NCBI GenBank assembly: GCA_000004695.1
Contig: CM000155.2
Location: 3,104,001-3,168,000, forward strand
DNA length: 64,000 nucleotides
Direction of reading: 5' to 3'
From: Dictyostelium discoideum
Lineage: Eukaryota
Position 1 is the first letter of the stretch, and each line of letters begins with the position of its first letter. The translations under genes and the position numbers were made by a program. The notes beneath the pieces are model-generated. The model did not search any database and was not told the DNA's origin. It saw nothing but the letters and a program-made list of their open reading frames with translations. Positions 1-17,800 of this stretch are shown here, piece by piece.

Positions 1-681
1 ATTGTTTTCACAATTGGGTCCATCTTTTTTTAGCCAATTTAATGATAATCCAAATGTAACATCATCATTCAATATTACTAATTGTGTAACTGAAATTAAT
101 TATGAGAAATATTTATATCTAGTGCAAATAGGTTAGATACTCCAATAAGTTTTATTAATAATAGTGTATTCTATAATAACAGTAAGCAATACAACTCTGT
201 AATAAATATCTTTTCATCTCCAATTAGTATTAATGATTGTTAATTTTATTCTGATGTTAATCATTGTGGTAGCTTTTTCAGTATTTACGACTCATTCTTA
301 ATTATTACAAATTCAACATTAATAAGTTTACTTGATCAAGTAAATTGGTTATCAGAGTATCAATCAATTGATTATAACACCTTAACTTTTTCAAACTCTA
401 CTGTTTTATTCGATAGTTGTACCTTTGGTAATGATTACACTAGTATTGGCTGTTCTCTCTCATCCAATGTTACATTTATCAATTCAATAAATTTTGATCC
501 ATTTTATTCTTGTGCAAACTGTAATCATTTAATTGTTGACTCCAATTTAATTCGTGATAGTAAAAGTGTTACAACCTCAACACTGATCCATCATGATAGT
601 AGTAACTCTTTAAAATTAATTCCAAACATTCATTCAATTATTATTTTTATCTTATTGATAACAACAATAATAGTCTCTTAA
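1..681 (+). CDS. 3' part of a gene running off the window start, encoding a secreted or cell-surface protein. It has many N-x-S/T sites, is Cys-rich, and ends in a hydrophobic tail (SIIIFILLITTIIVS) that is GPI-signal-like. At least two exons; the internal intron border is unresolved.
   Basis: Open frame 244-681 ending at TAA 679-681. Second open coding stretch 2-131 in another frame with the same N-glycosylation-rich composition, ending at ATAG|GTTAGA. Confidence 0.3.
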
Positions 682-857
682 TATATTTTTTAATTTAAAT
701 TAAATAAATCAAGTGATTTTTAAAAGGGTACCTTTAAAAATAATGGAAATTATTTTCACACAAAAAAAAAAAAAAAAAAAAAAAAAATTTTGATTTTTTT
801 AATTTATTTTTATTTTTTTTTTTTTTTATTTTTATTTTTCACTAAAACAATTTAAAG

Positions 858-1430
858 ATGACAATCAAATTAGCAGCAGTTACAGGTACCTATATGGGTA
901 TTTTAGGTGGTTATTATTTATATTTAACTTTAAATGTAGTAAAGGAAAGACAAAAGGCTAATATTGCAATTGGTGATGGTACAAGTGCAATCATTCAACA
1001 ATTGATTGATGGTAAAAATGAAACAATTGATCACTCTCGTTATCAACCACTTGGTATGTTTTTTAATTTTAATTAATTTAAATTTTTTTTTTTTTTTTTT
1101 TAATTTCCAATTTTTAATGTATTTAATTAATTTATTTTTTTTAATAGTAATTGCAATTAGAGCTCATGGTAATTTTAATGAATATATTCCTTTAATTGGT
1201 GTACTTTCATTAATAAATGAACTCCATGGTGCACCATCTGGTTTAATACACCTTGTTCTTGGTTCATTCACTCTTGCTCGTATTGCCCATGTTCATGGAT
1301 TAAAAGAAAAACATTCAATAGGTTTAGGACGTAAAGTTGGTGCAGTTTCAACTTTCTTAACTTTAGGTCTTGCTTCTGTTGGTTCATTCTATTTCTCAAA
1401 TAAGGAATCTATCCATTCATTAATTGGTAG

Positions 1431-1434
<4 letters not shown>
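858..1434 (+). CDS. MAPEG family protein (microsomal glutathione S-transferase 1-like). Two exons, intron ~1054-1162.
   Basis: ATG at 858. Exon 1 ends at a GTATGT donor (1054). Exon 2 encodes RAHGNFNEYIPLIG...FTLARIAHVHGL, matching the MGST1 'RRAHxNDxENIxPF' core. The two track ORFs 858-1076 and 1006-1434 are the two exons. Confidence 0.65.
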
Positions 1435-1466
<32 letters not shown>

Positions 1467-1808
1467 AGTAATAAAATTATATATCAAGATTTGTAAAAAT
1501 AAAAAAAAAAAATAACATAAATTTATATAAAAAATATGTTATTTTTTTTTTTTTGAGTGTTCTATTAAATTCATATTAAAAATAAATAAAATTTAAATCA
1601 TTGTCAATAAAAAAAAAAATGAAATTATTTTTTTTTTTTTTTTTAAAATGTCAAATGTGTTTTTGTCGGTGTTTATATATTTTTTTTATATATTTTTTGA
1701 AACACTTGAGTTTTTATTTTTTTTTTTTTTTTTTTTGGATTTGTTTTTTTTTTTTTTTTTTTTTGGATAGTCCCATTGCTGCAAATATCTTATCCCCAGA
1801 TTAATTTT

Positions 1809-1859
<51 letters not shown>

Positions 1860-2015
1860 CATTTTTTTTTTTTCATTTTAAAAATTTTATAATAACAATC
1901 TAACTCCATCGAATTTTTTTTTTTTTATCAATGTTTTTTGGGTTTATGATTTTTTAAAATTTTTTTTTCCCTCATATCAAATTTAATATTTTATTGTTAT
2001 TACTAAACAATCTCT

Positions 2016-2051
<36 letters not shown>

Positions 2052-2174
2052 CTTTTTGTTATATTTATATAAAATCATATCAAAAAACCCCCACCACCCT
2101 TTTATATATAAAAAATACTTCACTCCACTCTCAACACACACAAACCAAAGTGAGATAATACGATCCACACGATA

Positions 2175-2212
<38 letters not shown>

Positions 2213-2574
2213 ATTAAAAAAAAATAAATAAACACTTCTCATTTTCAATTTATTTATTTATTCAATTTTTTTTATTATTATTTATTTATTATTTATTTAT
2301 TTATTTTTAATTTTTTTTTTTTTTTAATTTTACCCCCACTACCCTCTTTTTTTTTTTTTTTTTTTTTTTCTCATATATAATTTTTTCAACACATTACACA
2401 CACACACTAATAATATATCAATTTCGAAACAAAAATAATAGAAACATATAAAAATAGAAATTGATAGGAAAAAAAATATAAAAAAAAAATAAAAAAAAAA
2501 GTTTAAAGAGTTAACAATTTATTATATATAGAAAGAAGAGAGAGAAAATTTTATAAAAAAAGATATAATTGGCA

Positions 2575-5048
2575 ATGGATTTCTATGAACAAAGTTCACA
2601 GTTTTCATTACCACCACCACCAATAATGTCAGAATTACCACCACCACCATCATCATCAACAATGTCGGATCTTCCATTACCAATGCCTGACATTTCTACA
2701 TTACCACCACCAATGTTTGATAATAATAATAGTAGTAGTAGTACAAATTCAGAGGGTATAGACCCATCGTCATTACCACCACCATCAATGGTTGACCTAC
2801 CTCCAATTCCATCAGGTTGGAATGAATGTGATGGAACTGAATTAATACCAGAGATAGATCCATCTGTTAGATTAAATGCAATCATTGTAATTCAATCATC
2901 TTGGAGAGCATTCAGAGAGAGAAGACAATATAAACTATTTTTAAAGGCTGTGGTTATAGTTCAAAAAGTATACAGAGGTTTTTTAGCTAGAAAGCTCTAT
3001 AAAAAATTATATGAAGAATCGCGTTGGTTAAGAGAAACACCACCTCCAACTGGTCCTGCTTTACAAATTGTATGTATATAAATTATTATTATTATTCATA
3101 TTTTATTATTATTATTATTATTATTATTTATTAATACATTTTAATTCTTTAAAATTTAAAAAAGATTAAAAAAGCAAGAGGTGCAGGTGGTAGATCTAGA
3201 CCAACTAGAGGACATAAAGTAGCAACAAAAGAAATTGAAAATTGTACAAATAATAATAATAATGATGAAAATAATAATAATAATACTGATGAAAATGGTG
3301 AAGGTGGTGGTGAGGGTAACGAGTCATCATCAACCGATAAACCAAAATTAGTAATGATGGGTACAGGTATGGTAATTCCAAAATTCGATCCATCTTCAAT
3401 CATGTTAAAAAGAGCACCAAAAGAAGGTAGACATAGTATTGCTTCTTTTGATTCTTTAACAATTAAATCAAAAAGTGCAGAGAATGAGGGTGGTTCATCA
3501 AGTGAACCAAATTCACCATTTGCATTAAGAAAAACTGTAAATAGACCACCTATTCAACAACAACCACCACCACCAGATTCATCACCTGTCTCTTCTTTTT
3601 CACCTTCAAATCTTAGAAAGACAGCTGTAATTAATTCTTCACTACCTCCAATCAATGATCATGATTCACCTTCAAAATTACCACCATTTGTATTAAAGAA
3701 AGCACCATCAACAAATCAATTAAGTTCAAGTGAAGGTTTACCACCTCCACCACCATCATTATCTTCATATGGTGATTTACCACCACCTCCACCACCACCA
3801 TCATTCACATCATTTGGTGATTTCCCACCACCACCACCACCATCAATTTCAGATTTACCACCACCAATTAATTTTAATACAAAACCACCAACACAACCTC
3901 CACCACCAATTCCAAAACAAATGTCACAATCAAATTTACCACCACCACCAATTAATTTTAATACAAAACCACCAACTATTTCAGCTACAGATATTCCATT
4001 ACCTTCAATTGATTTACCACCTATTAGACAACCATCACTTCCATACCATGTATCATCACCAAATCTTCCAACACCACCAAGTTTTAATGCGAAAACAGTG
4101 TCACCAAATTTCCCACCACCAAGATTAACAACTGATAATGTACCACCACCAAGAGTACAAAATGATAATCATAATTTACCACCTCCACCTCAAATTGTAA
4201 ATTTACCACCAATTAATTTTAATAATTCAAATTTACCACCACCACCACCAACATCCTCATCAATGGGAATACCTAATAATTTACCATCACCAATTAATTT
4301 ACCATCACCAATTAATTTACCATCACCAATTAATTTACCACCACCAATTACAGCAAATCAACCACAACCAAATCTATATAATAAACCACCACCAAAATTA
4401 CCATCTCAATCAAATTTATCATTACCAAATAATTTACCACCACCAATTACAGCAACAAAGATATTGAAACCAGGTTGGGAAGTATTTACAACACAAGAAG
4501 GTAAAAAATATTTTTCTAATAGATCTCAAAATTTAACTACTTGGAATGAAAATGATGCATATGATACAACTGTTTCAACACAATCATCATCTCTACCACC
4601 ACCTCCTTCACCATCATCAAATGATTGGGAAGAACTAATGACAAAAGATGGTAAAAAGTATTATTACAATAGAGCAACCAATGTTACAAAATGGGATAAA
4701 CCAATTTCAAATCCAACTTCAGAGATTAGTAATTCACAATCTCATATACCAAATCAATCATTAAATCAATCACCAGTTCAACAATCACAACAACAACAAA
4801 AAACCCAACCATCACCATCATCATCAAAAAAGAAAGAACACCACAAAGAGGTTATTTCACAAAATCCTGAAGAAAAGAAAAGAATTGGTGGTATACTTTC
4901 ATTATTTTTGAAAAAACGTCCAAATAAAACTGATTTAGTCTCAAAAAATATTTTGGTTGATGATGGTACTACTGCTTCAACTTCATCTTCATCCTCATCT
5001 TCTTCTTCTTCAAGTAAATCAAGTAAATCAAAGTCGAAAAAGAAATAA
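2575..5048 (+). CDS. Proline-rich protein with two IQ motifs and two WW domains. Two exons, intron 3070-3164.
   Basis: First ATG at 2575 (track start 2569 is TTG). IQSSWRAFRERRQYK and IVQKVYRGFLARKLYK are IQ motifs. Donor GTATGT at 3070, acceptor AG at 3163-3164, and the frame continues into ORF 3354-5048. WW domains are GWEVFTTQEGKKYFSNRSQNLTTW and DWEELMTKDGKKYYYNRATNVTKW. Long PPPP ligand-like tracts. Confidence 0.7.
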
Positions 5049-5283
5049 TTTTATATATATATACATTTTTTTTTAAAAAAATAAAAAAAAAAAAAAAAAA
5101 TATAAAAGAACAGATAAATAAAAACAAATTTATTAAAAAGCTATATATATTTATTTATTTATATAAACAAAAAAAAAAACAAAATAAAATTAAAGAATTA
5201 TCTTTTTTTTTTTTTTTTTTAATTATTTATTATTTATTTATTTAACTATTTTATTATTTTTTATTTTTTTTTTTTTAAAAAAA

Positions 5284-7374
5284 TTAAAAATTTAAATTAT
5301 TAATTTTTAATTGATTATTTAAATGATCTAATTGATTATTTGATTTAATGATTCCATTTTCACAATAATATTTAATTATATTTGTTTTGTTTTTATTAAT
5401 TGCAGATGATATTAAATCATTTGTAATTTTGAATTGAAATGGATAAAATTTTAAAAAGAGATCACACATTAAAATATCACCTCTAATGAAAGATTCAGTA
5501 AAGAAATTTATAGATGATTTTGAAATCTCTTCAAATGATGGAACAAAGAAATTGTAATAATGGGTAAACAAGTATTTGACAGTTTCCAATTGAATAAGAT
5601 CGAAATGAAAAGAATATTTCCCTTGAAAATGATAATAGTTTTGAAAGATTGCTTTGATTGCATCGACATTACCACTTGAAAAAATTAAATGAAACCAAGA
5701 GATAATCTCACCAACTGATAGAATATTATCTTTTTTAAATGTTGATTGAAATCTTTTGAGATTGAATTGTTTTAAAAGTAAATCACATCTAAATCCATTT
5801 GAAACCAAAGTTGTCCATAATTTCCATTCATTTCCAGTGTAATAATTATCTAAATAATATTGAATCTCTACATTGAATAGATGATTACAATTTAAATCTG
5901 AAACCAAATAAAATAAATCCTGAGACATTGACCAAACTGAACTCTTTCTATCAACACCAAAGGTGTCGTGAGTGCATTGTTTCATAAGTTCTAATAAGAG
6001 TGAATCAAAATTATCATCATCATCACCATCATCACTATTAAAAATAAAATCAAAAGTTAGCTTTCGATAATCTAAAATGATTCCAGATTTTAAATGGCCA
6101 GAGTTGTTTATATATCTACCAATCAAAACTTCACCATCGAATAATTGATTACTACCACGATCATAGTCATTTCTTTGGTCAGATTCTTCAAATTTTCTTT
6201 TTCTTGCAAAACCTTGGGTTTCTCTTTTCAATAAATATCTTATTAAAAATGGTGATTTAATTGCAAGATACCAAAATGTGTGACATAAACTATGATTGAT
6301 TATAATGGCATGATCTGATAATAATTTACGAACATTTTGAATAATTTCTAATTTTATACCATCGATATTCAATAATAATTGATAAAGATTATTAACAGTG
6401 ATTGAGGTTTGTTTATGATTATCAATATTAATTTCATTTATAAAATTTTGAATTAAATTTATAATTTCATTAATATCATATCTTGAAATTGATAATTCTA
6501 ATAAAGAATCAAAATAATAATTTGGTACTATTTTACTCTTAATTTCATCTAATGATAATTTATGATTTTCTAAAATTTTTAAAATTAAATCTTTATAATC
6601 AATTTCTATAAATTTATTAATTTTATTGTTATTATTATTATTATTATCGTTATCATTATCACCACTAATATAATAATTAAAATTATTATTATTAATTTCA
6701 TATCTTTTAAATTTAATATAATTTATTAAAATTTCTTTTGATTGATTTGATAAAGTTGATGATGAATTTGAATTTAGTATTAAATCTAGTAATATTATCA
6801 ATGAGTTATTATTATTTTGAGTTCTAATTACAAATTCTAAGGTTGATTGATAAATTGGTATTGGATATGATAAATCATTTAGAAATATTTTAAACATTTC
6901 TTTTATGCCATTGTTTTTGAAATCTATTTGAGTGTTAATAGCAAATTTTGAAATTAAAAATAATAAAATATCATCTATGAAACCATTACATTGTACTTTT
7001 TTAATTTTAAATAATAAAATTATAACTTGCTTTTCAATGATTGATAATTCACCTGAATTCATTGATGTTTTTATTAGGTTGATTATAAATGTTTCTAAAC
7101 TTTTTAAATTGATATCTATGTATTCATTAGCCATTAATTTACATTTTAATAAATAGAGTTGGTTCTTAATCATCCAATCCATTGATGTAATATCTTTAAA
7201 TTTAATTATCTCCCTTGCTTTATAGTTTTTATAATTTGAAATCAATTCATTGTAAACAATTTTTACTTTTTCATATTTTATATTATTCATTATATATTTA
7301 AATAAAAATATATTATTAAAAACTTTCCAAAATAATTGTTCATTTTTTTCTATATTTTTATTATTATTATTCAT
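5284..7374 (-). CDS. Asn/Ile/Lys-rich hypothetical protein (696 aa), single exon. Member of a lineage-specific family; paralog at 37895-40669.
   Basis: Uninterrupted ORF with ATG at 7374-7372. N-terminus LFWKVFNNIFLFKYIMNNIKY resembles LYKKVFNNKFLQNKIYNYIQF of the 37895 gene. Confidence 0.55.
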   Translation of the reverse strand: MNNNNKNIEKNEQLFWKVFNNIFLFKYIMNNIKYEKVKIVYNELISNYKNYKAREIIKFKDITSMDWMIKNQLYLLKCKLMANEYIDINLKSLETFIINLIKTSMNSGELSIIEKQVIILLFKIKKVQCNGFIDDILLFLISKFAINTQIDFKNNGIKEMFKIFLNDLSYPIPIYQSTLEFVIRTQNNNNSLIILLDLILNSNSSSTLSNQSKEILINYIKFKRYEINNNNFNYYISGDNDNDNNNNNNNKINKFIEIDYKDLILKILENHKLSLDEIKSKIVPNYYFDSLLELSISRYDINEIINLIQNFINEINIDNHKQTSITVNNLYQLLLNIDGIKLEIIQNVRKLLSDHAIIINHSLCHTFWYLAIKSPFLIRYLLKRETQGFARKRKFEESDQRNDYDRGSNQLFDGEVLIGRYINNSGHLKSGIILDYRKLTFDFIFNSDDGDDDDNFDSLLLELMKQCTHDTFGVDRKSSVWSMSQDLFYLVSDLNCNHLFNVEIQYYLDNYYTGNEWKLWTTLVSNGFRCDLLLKQFNLKRFQSTFKKDNILSVGEIISWFHLIFSSGNVDAIKAIFQNYYHFQGKYSFHFDLIQLETVKYLFTHYYNFFVPSFEEISKSSINFFTESFIRGDILMCDLFLKFYPFQFKITNDLISSAINKNKTNIIKYYCENGIIKSNNQLDHLNNQLKINNLNF

Positions 7375-7596
7375 TTATTTTGAATGGATGATCATTTAAA
7401 ATTAAAAAAAAAAAAAAACTAAAAAATTCAATGAAAAAAAAAAAAAAAAAGTAAAAAAAAAAAAGTATAATAAATTAATATTAATTTTTTTAATTTAACC
7501 ACATTTAAAACAAAAAAAGTAATAAACATTATTAATTGTTTAATAAAAAAAAATAATAATGATAAAAAAGTAATAAACATTATTAATTGTTTAATG

Positions 7597-7627
<31 letters not shown>

Positions 7628-7919
7628 AAAATAAATATATAAATTACACAATTGAATAAAATGTTAGAAAATAAAATATTTAATGAAATAGGTAAATTCA
7701 ATATAAAAAAACAAAAATAAAATATTTTCTTATTTTTTAGTTTTATTTTTTATTTTTAATATTTCAAATAATTATACTTTGAATTTCATAATAGAAAATG
7801 AGTTTTTTTTTTTTTAATAGTTTTATAATTACCCATTTTATCTTTTTTTTAATATTTTGGGGTGGTATTTAAAAAAAAAATATTTAATAATTAAAAATTT
7901 TTAAATTTCTTTTATTTAT

Positions 7920-9235
7920 TTAATCTTTTCTTAATTTGTGATAGTGAAGTCTTATTGACATTTTATAATGTGGAGGTATTAAAATTAAAATAACCAAAAC
8001 AAAAATAATTACAAAAAAAACATAACCAATTACAATACCAGCTATTTGAGATTTTGATAAAGATGATGAAGATGATGATGTGCATATTGAATTATCAGAA
8101 TTTGAAGAAGCTGGATTTGAATTTAATAATACAGAAAAGTCTGGATCAATTTCAATTTTTGATTTATATAAAGGTATTTGAATAGCGACAAATGATAATT
8201 TTTTACTTGAGGTTGTATTATTTAATTTTTCATTCTGATTGAAATCTGTTAAAACTTTATTACTAATTGTTTGTACTATTCCATTATCGATAATTGCTCT
8301 TTTTAAAAATCTCAAAAGAAAACAAAATTCACCAACTTGGAGTCCAAAATAATTAAAATTATCATTAAAACCAAATTGTTCACTTGAACAAATGTCATCA
8401 GTTTTTGAAGTTTCAATAAAACTTTTAAATATTAATTCAAATGTATTTAAAGAAGTTGAGAATGGATAATGACCAATTGTTTTTGTGTATTTTAAACATG
8501 ATGGATTTATAGTAAAGTTTTCACCTGCAAATGTTATTTGAGTTTCTTTTTCAAACCATTCGGCTACTACTGTTATTGTTGATACTTGATTAGCACCTTT
8601 TTTAATTTTTGTATTATAAATTACATTGTACTTGAAATGGGTGTGGAGATCCAATCATTATCATTAAAATAATGAATATTTTCAATTGAATTATTGAAAT
8701 TAATTTCACGTATTGCAACAATAGAAACCATTGTATAATTATCATTGCGTTTGAGCTATAAACTATACTATTTTCTACCTGTATATTATAATTATCAATT
8801 ATTGAAACAGTTGATTGAGACCCAAAATGTTTACCTATTATTGTTATGAATGAAACTCCACTTGAAATTAGTGAGATGGTATCAATTGAATTTGATTTCT
8901 TTAATAGAGGTTCATTATTATTTAAGAATTACTTTCACCACTACTGTATGAGTTTGATATTAAATTTTCAATATATGGTAAAGTAATAGTTTGATTGGTT
9001 GAAATATAACTTTTGAAACAGCTATATCCAAATCATAAGCTGAATAACCATTGAAATTGAATGAAGTATCGACAATTCCAAAAACTGATACTATAAAACC
9101 TTTACTTGAACTGAATCCATATGGAATAGAACAGAGTGCTTCATATTGTGCAAAAATGGTTAAATTCGTAGATGGGCCAAATCCCTTTCCTTTTAATTCA
9201 GTATTACATTCAATATTTGTTTTTTTTGATCTTAA
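7920..9235 (-). pseudogene. Truncated, internally deleted copy of the neighbouring tgr-like membrane-protein genes. Only the C-terminal ~244 codons remain in frame; upstream homology is broken.
   Basis: ORF 7920-8654 matches the C-terminal 240 aa of the 9521 and 14866 genes, including the TM segment and the tail HYKMSIRLHYHKLRKD. 8655-9235 stays nucleotide-homologous to segments 10240-10330 and 10660-11170 of gene 2, but the frame is broken and the EGF-encoding and upstream parts are missing. 3' flanks 7860-7920 and 9481-9540 are homologous. Confidence 0.6.
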
Positions 9236-9520
9236 AAAAAAAAAAATATAAAAATAGATAATTTATCTTATTTTTTTTATTTTTTTTTATTTTTTTTTTT
9301 TTATTTATTTATTTTTTTAATTTTTTCAACTAACTCTTTTTTTCATAATTTTGAATTAAGGTAAGAATACAATGAAGATACTGAAGAATATAAACACTTG
9401 AAATATATTTATGTTTATTACTTTTTAATTTTTAACAAAATGGATAATTTACAAAAAAAGTAATGGACATTGTTTAAAAAAAAAAAAAAAATTTTAATAA
9501 TTTTAATTTCATTTATTTAT

Positions 9521-14191
<4,671 letters not shown>

Positions 14192-14268
14192 TGTCTTTTA
14201 AAAAAATTTCTTTTCTTTTCTTTAATTTTTTACTTTTTTTTTCTTTTTTTCTTTTTTTTTTTTTTTTT

Positions 14269-14299
<31 letters not shown>

Positions 14300-14796
14300 T
14301 CTTTACTTTTATTTTCTTTTTTTTTTTCAATTTTATTTTCGTCTTTTTTTTTTTTTTTTCATAAAAAATATAAAAATTAAAAAAAATTAAAAATAGATAT
14401 TTTCTCTTGATTTTTTTTAAAATCATCTCTCTCACAGCCCAAAAAATTAATTTCTTAAAAAATGAAAAAAAAAAGTTAAAAGTAATTTTGTGCTGGTTTT
14501 ATTTTTTATTTTTTATGCGGTCATTTCTACCAGAAGCTCAAGATATTTTCATCCAGATAACCCATTTGTTTATGTTTTGATTGGTTCAAAAAATTATCAA
14601 GAAGCTAAAAATTTGTGTTTGGAAATATCAAAAAATAAAAAAAGTTAAATATCTTTGAAAAAAAAAAATAATAAAAGATTAAAAATTATTATTTATTTTT
14701 ATAAAAAGAGGGAAAAGATATTATCTATTTTTTATTTATATTTTTATTTGTTTTTTTATTTTTTTATTTTTTTTATTTATTTATTTATTTGTTTGT

Positions 14797-14843
<47 letters not shown>

Positions 14844-14865
14844 TTATAATAAATAAATTCTTTTT

Positions 14866-17800
14866 TTAATTTTTTCTGCTAACTCTTTTTTTCATTTTAA
14901 AAAGGAAAATTCTAAAAGATAATTTTGAATTTGAAGGTAATAAGATTAAAATAATTAAAATTAAAATTATAAAGAAAACTATAGAACCAATTACAATACC
15001 AGCTATTTGAGGTTTTGATAAAGATGATGAAGACGACGATGTGCATATAGAATTATCAGAATTTGAAGAAGCTGGATTTGAATTTAATAATACAGAAAAG
15101 TCTGGATCTAACTCTATATTAATATTATAGAAAGGTATTTGAATAGCGACAAACGATAATTTTTTACTTGAGGTTGTACTATTTAATTTTTCATTCTGAT
15201 TGAAATCTGTTAAAACTTTATTACTAATTGTACGTACTACATTATCAATATTTGCTCTTTTTAAATATTTTGAAAGAAAACTAAATTCACCAACTTGAAG
15301 TTCTAAATAATTTGAATGATCATTTAAACCAAATTGTTCACTTGAACAAATGTCATCAGTTTTTGAAGTTTCAATAAAATTTTTAAATATTAATTCCAAT
15401 GTATTTAAAGATGTTGAGAATGGATAATGATCAATTGATATTGAATATTTTAAACTTGATGGATTTATAGTAAATTTATCACCTGCAAACGTAATTTGAG
15501 TTTCTTTTTCAAACCATTCAGCTATCACTGTTATATTTGATACTTGATTAGCACCTTTTTTAATTTTAGAACTATATGAAAATTTTGTACTTGAAATATT
15601 TTTAAAATCCCAAATATCAAAATAATGAATATTTTCAATTGAATTATTAAAATTAATTTCACGTATTGCAACTATTGAAATTATAGTATTAAGTTTAATA
15701 TCACCATTATTGCCAACAATTGGAATTTCATTTTTAATATCTGGTGATGTTAAATTTGTTATAGGTTGAGGTATTTTAACAATCTCTGATAAACAATCAA
15801 ATCCACTATATGGTGAGATACATTGACATCCAATATTTTCAATACATTTACCTCTATTCAATCCACCACAACTATTTAAACATACTACTTTTGGTGTTGG
15901 TGTTATTAGTGTTGGTATTGATGGTGTTGAAGTAGGTGTTGTGGTTGAAGTTGGTGTTGAGGTTGGTGTTGAAGTTGGTGTTGAATCAGATGAAGAAGTT
16001 GAAGAATCAGGTAAAACAGTGATTTCAACAATATTGGATAGAGTTTGAGTAATTTCATCTTTTATATAAACATATAATTTTTCAGAATTAAATGATTCAA
16101 CTTTATTTATTAAAATAACATTTGAACTGAAAATTAAATTATTTTGAACAAGAGAATTTGAACTATCATTAATAAAAATTTTAGGATCAGAACCAAAACT
16201 ATTACCACTTATTGTTATTAAACCACCACTACTTGAGATTGATGTAAAACTTTCAATAAATGGTGTTTTGGTTTGTATAATTGGTGATATAATACTAGTG
16301 AAACCTAAATTTTCTAAATCAAATGATGAAAAACCACCAAGATTAAAAGAAGTATCAACAATTCCAAATACTGATGCCACAATCATATTACCATTACTAT
16401 CACCACCACCAAATCCATATGGTACTAAACAAGTTGCTGTATAATTTGCTGAAAATATCAAAAGGGAAGTATCCCATTGGAAACCATTTAATTTAGTTTC
16501 ACATTCTATACTTGTTAATTCTAAATCTAATAAATCATTTATGTAATATTCTAAAAATACAACTGGTTTATGAGTGTCATATAATAAACCAAAACTATCG
16601 GTAACTTGAAATTCAAACGATAAATCCCTATTATGTGAATATGAATCAATATTTAGAGTTGATGGTTTAAAAATTGAAAGAGTTGGTTGAGTTGCATCTG
16701 GTGTAAAATCTGGAGTATTAACTTTAAAAGTTAAAAAACTCATACTAGTTGAATCTATACTATATATTGGTGATAATAAATTTACACCTGATTCTTTATT
16801 AAAATTAAAATTATCTTCAATTATTTGAGATTTGTGACCTGAATTATCAATTAAAATTATATTTTCAAATGTAAAAGTTTGTCCTTGAATGGTTGGTTTC
16901 ACAAGGAATTTAATATTATATTGACCTATAAATTTATCACCACTTATTAAATCAAGTTCAGGTGTAAAATAAAATTCTAAAGGAATTGGATCCTTATCAC
17001 CAATAATTCTAAAATATGCAGATTTCAAACCATTAATTCTATCTTCAATTGTAACTGTCCAACCTACCATTAAATCTTTGGTTCCATTACATGTAAATTC
17101 ATTACCATTGACAGGTTCAATCGATTGGAAATAAGATATATTTTTAATAATTGGTGGCATTTCATCACAATCTGTTGAGGTTACACTTAAATTTGCAGCA
17201 TTACCAAATAATGAATAAAAGTAATCCATTGTATAACTAACGCTATCTACTTTAATAATATATGGCAAACTACCAGAACATTTACGAGGTGGAATTACAA
17301 ATTGAATTTTAAAAACATTTTCATTTTTGTCTTTTAAATATTGACCGACTTCAAGATCCATTGGATTAATTAATGAATCTCCATAAATTGGATCTAATAA
17401 ATAAAATGAGATTGGTATATCGTATGCTGAATCAATATAATCGAAATATAAAGTTTGTAAAAATCCATAATCAACATTTACATTTTGTGCTTCAAATTCA
17501 AATTTACTAACTGATAAAACTTGACTTCCACCATTAATACTATTATTAAAAGCATTTATATATGGGATTTCTTTTAAAGGATTTAATGAATAATATGTAT
17601 CATATATTTTGAATTGACCACCTGTAGTCATAATTAAAATTGGTGTTTTTTCAAAAGTAACAATGATAACTTTTTCATAATAACCATCACCTATTGTTCC
17701 ATTGACTAAATCCTTTTGAGTTATAATGTTACCACAATATTTCAACCATGATAAAACACCAGCACCTGCTTTTGAAATGATCCTAACTTGAAGAACTGCT

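Noticed and set aside
3730-4128. His/Gln-rich 132-aa ORF and antisense ORFs (2583-2885, 3149-3403) overlapping the IQ-WW gene
   Set aside because: They are alternative-frame or antisense readings of the CCA/CAA-rich proline-coding repeats. No independent start context or splice signals.
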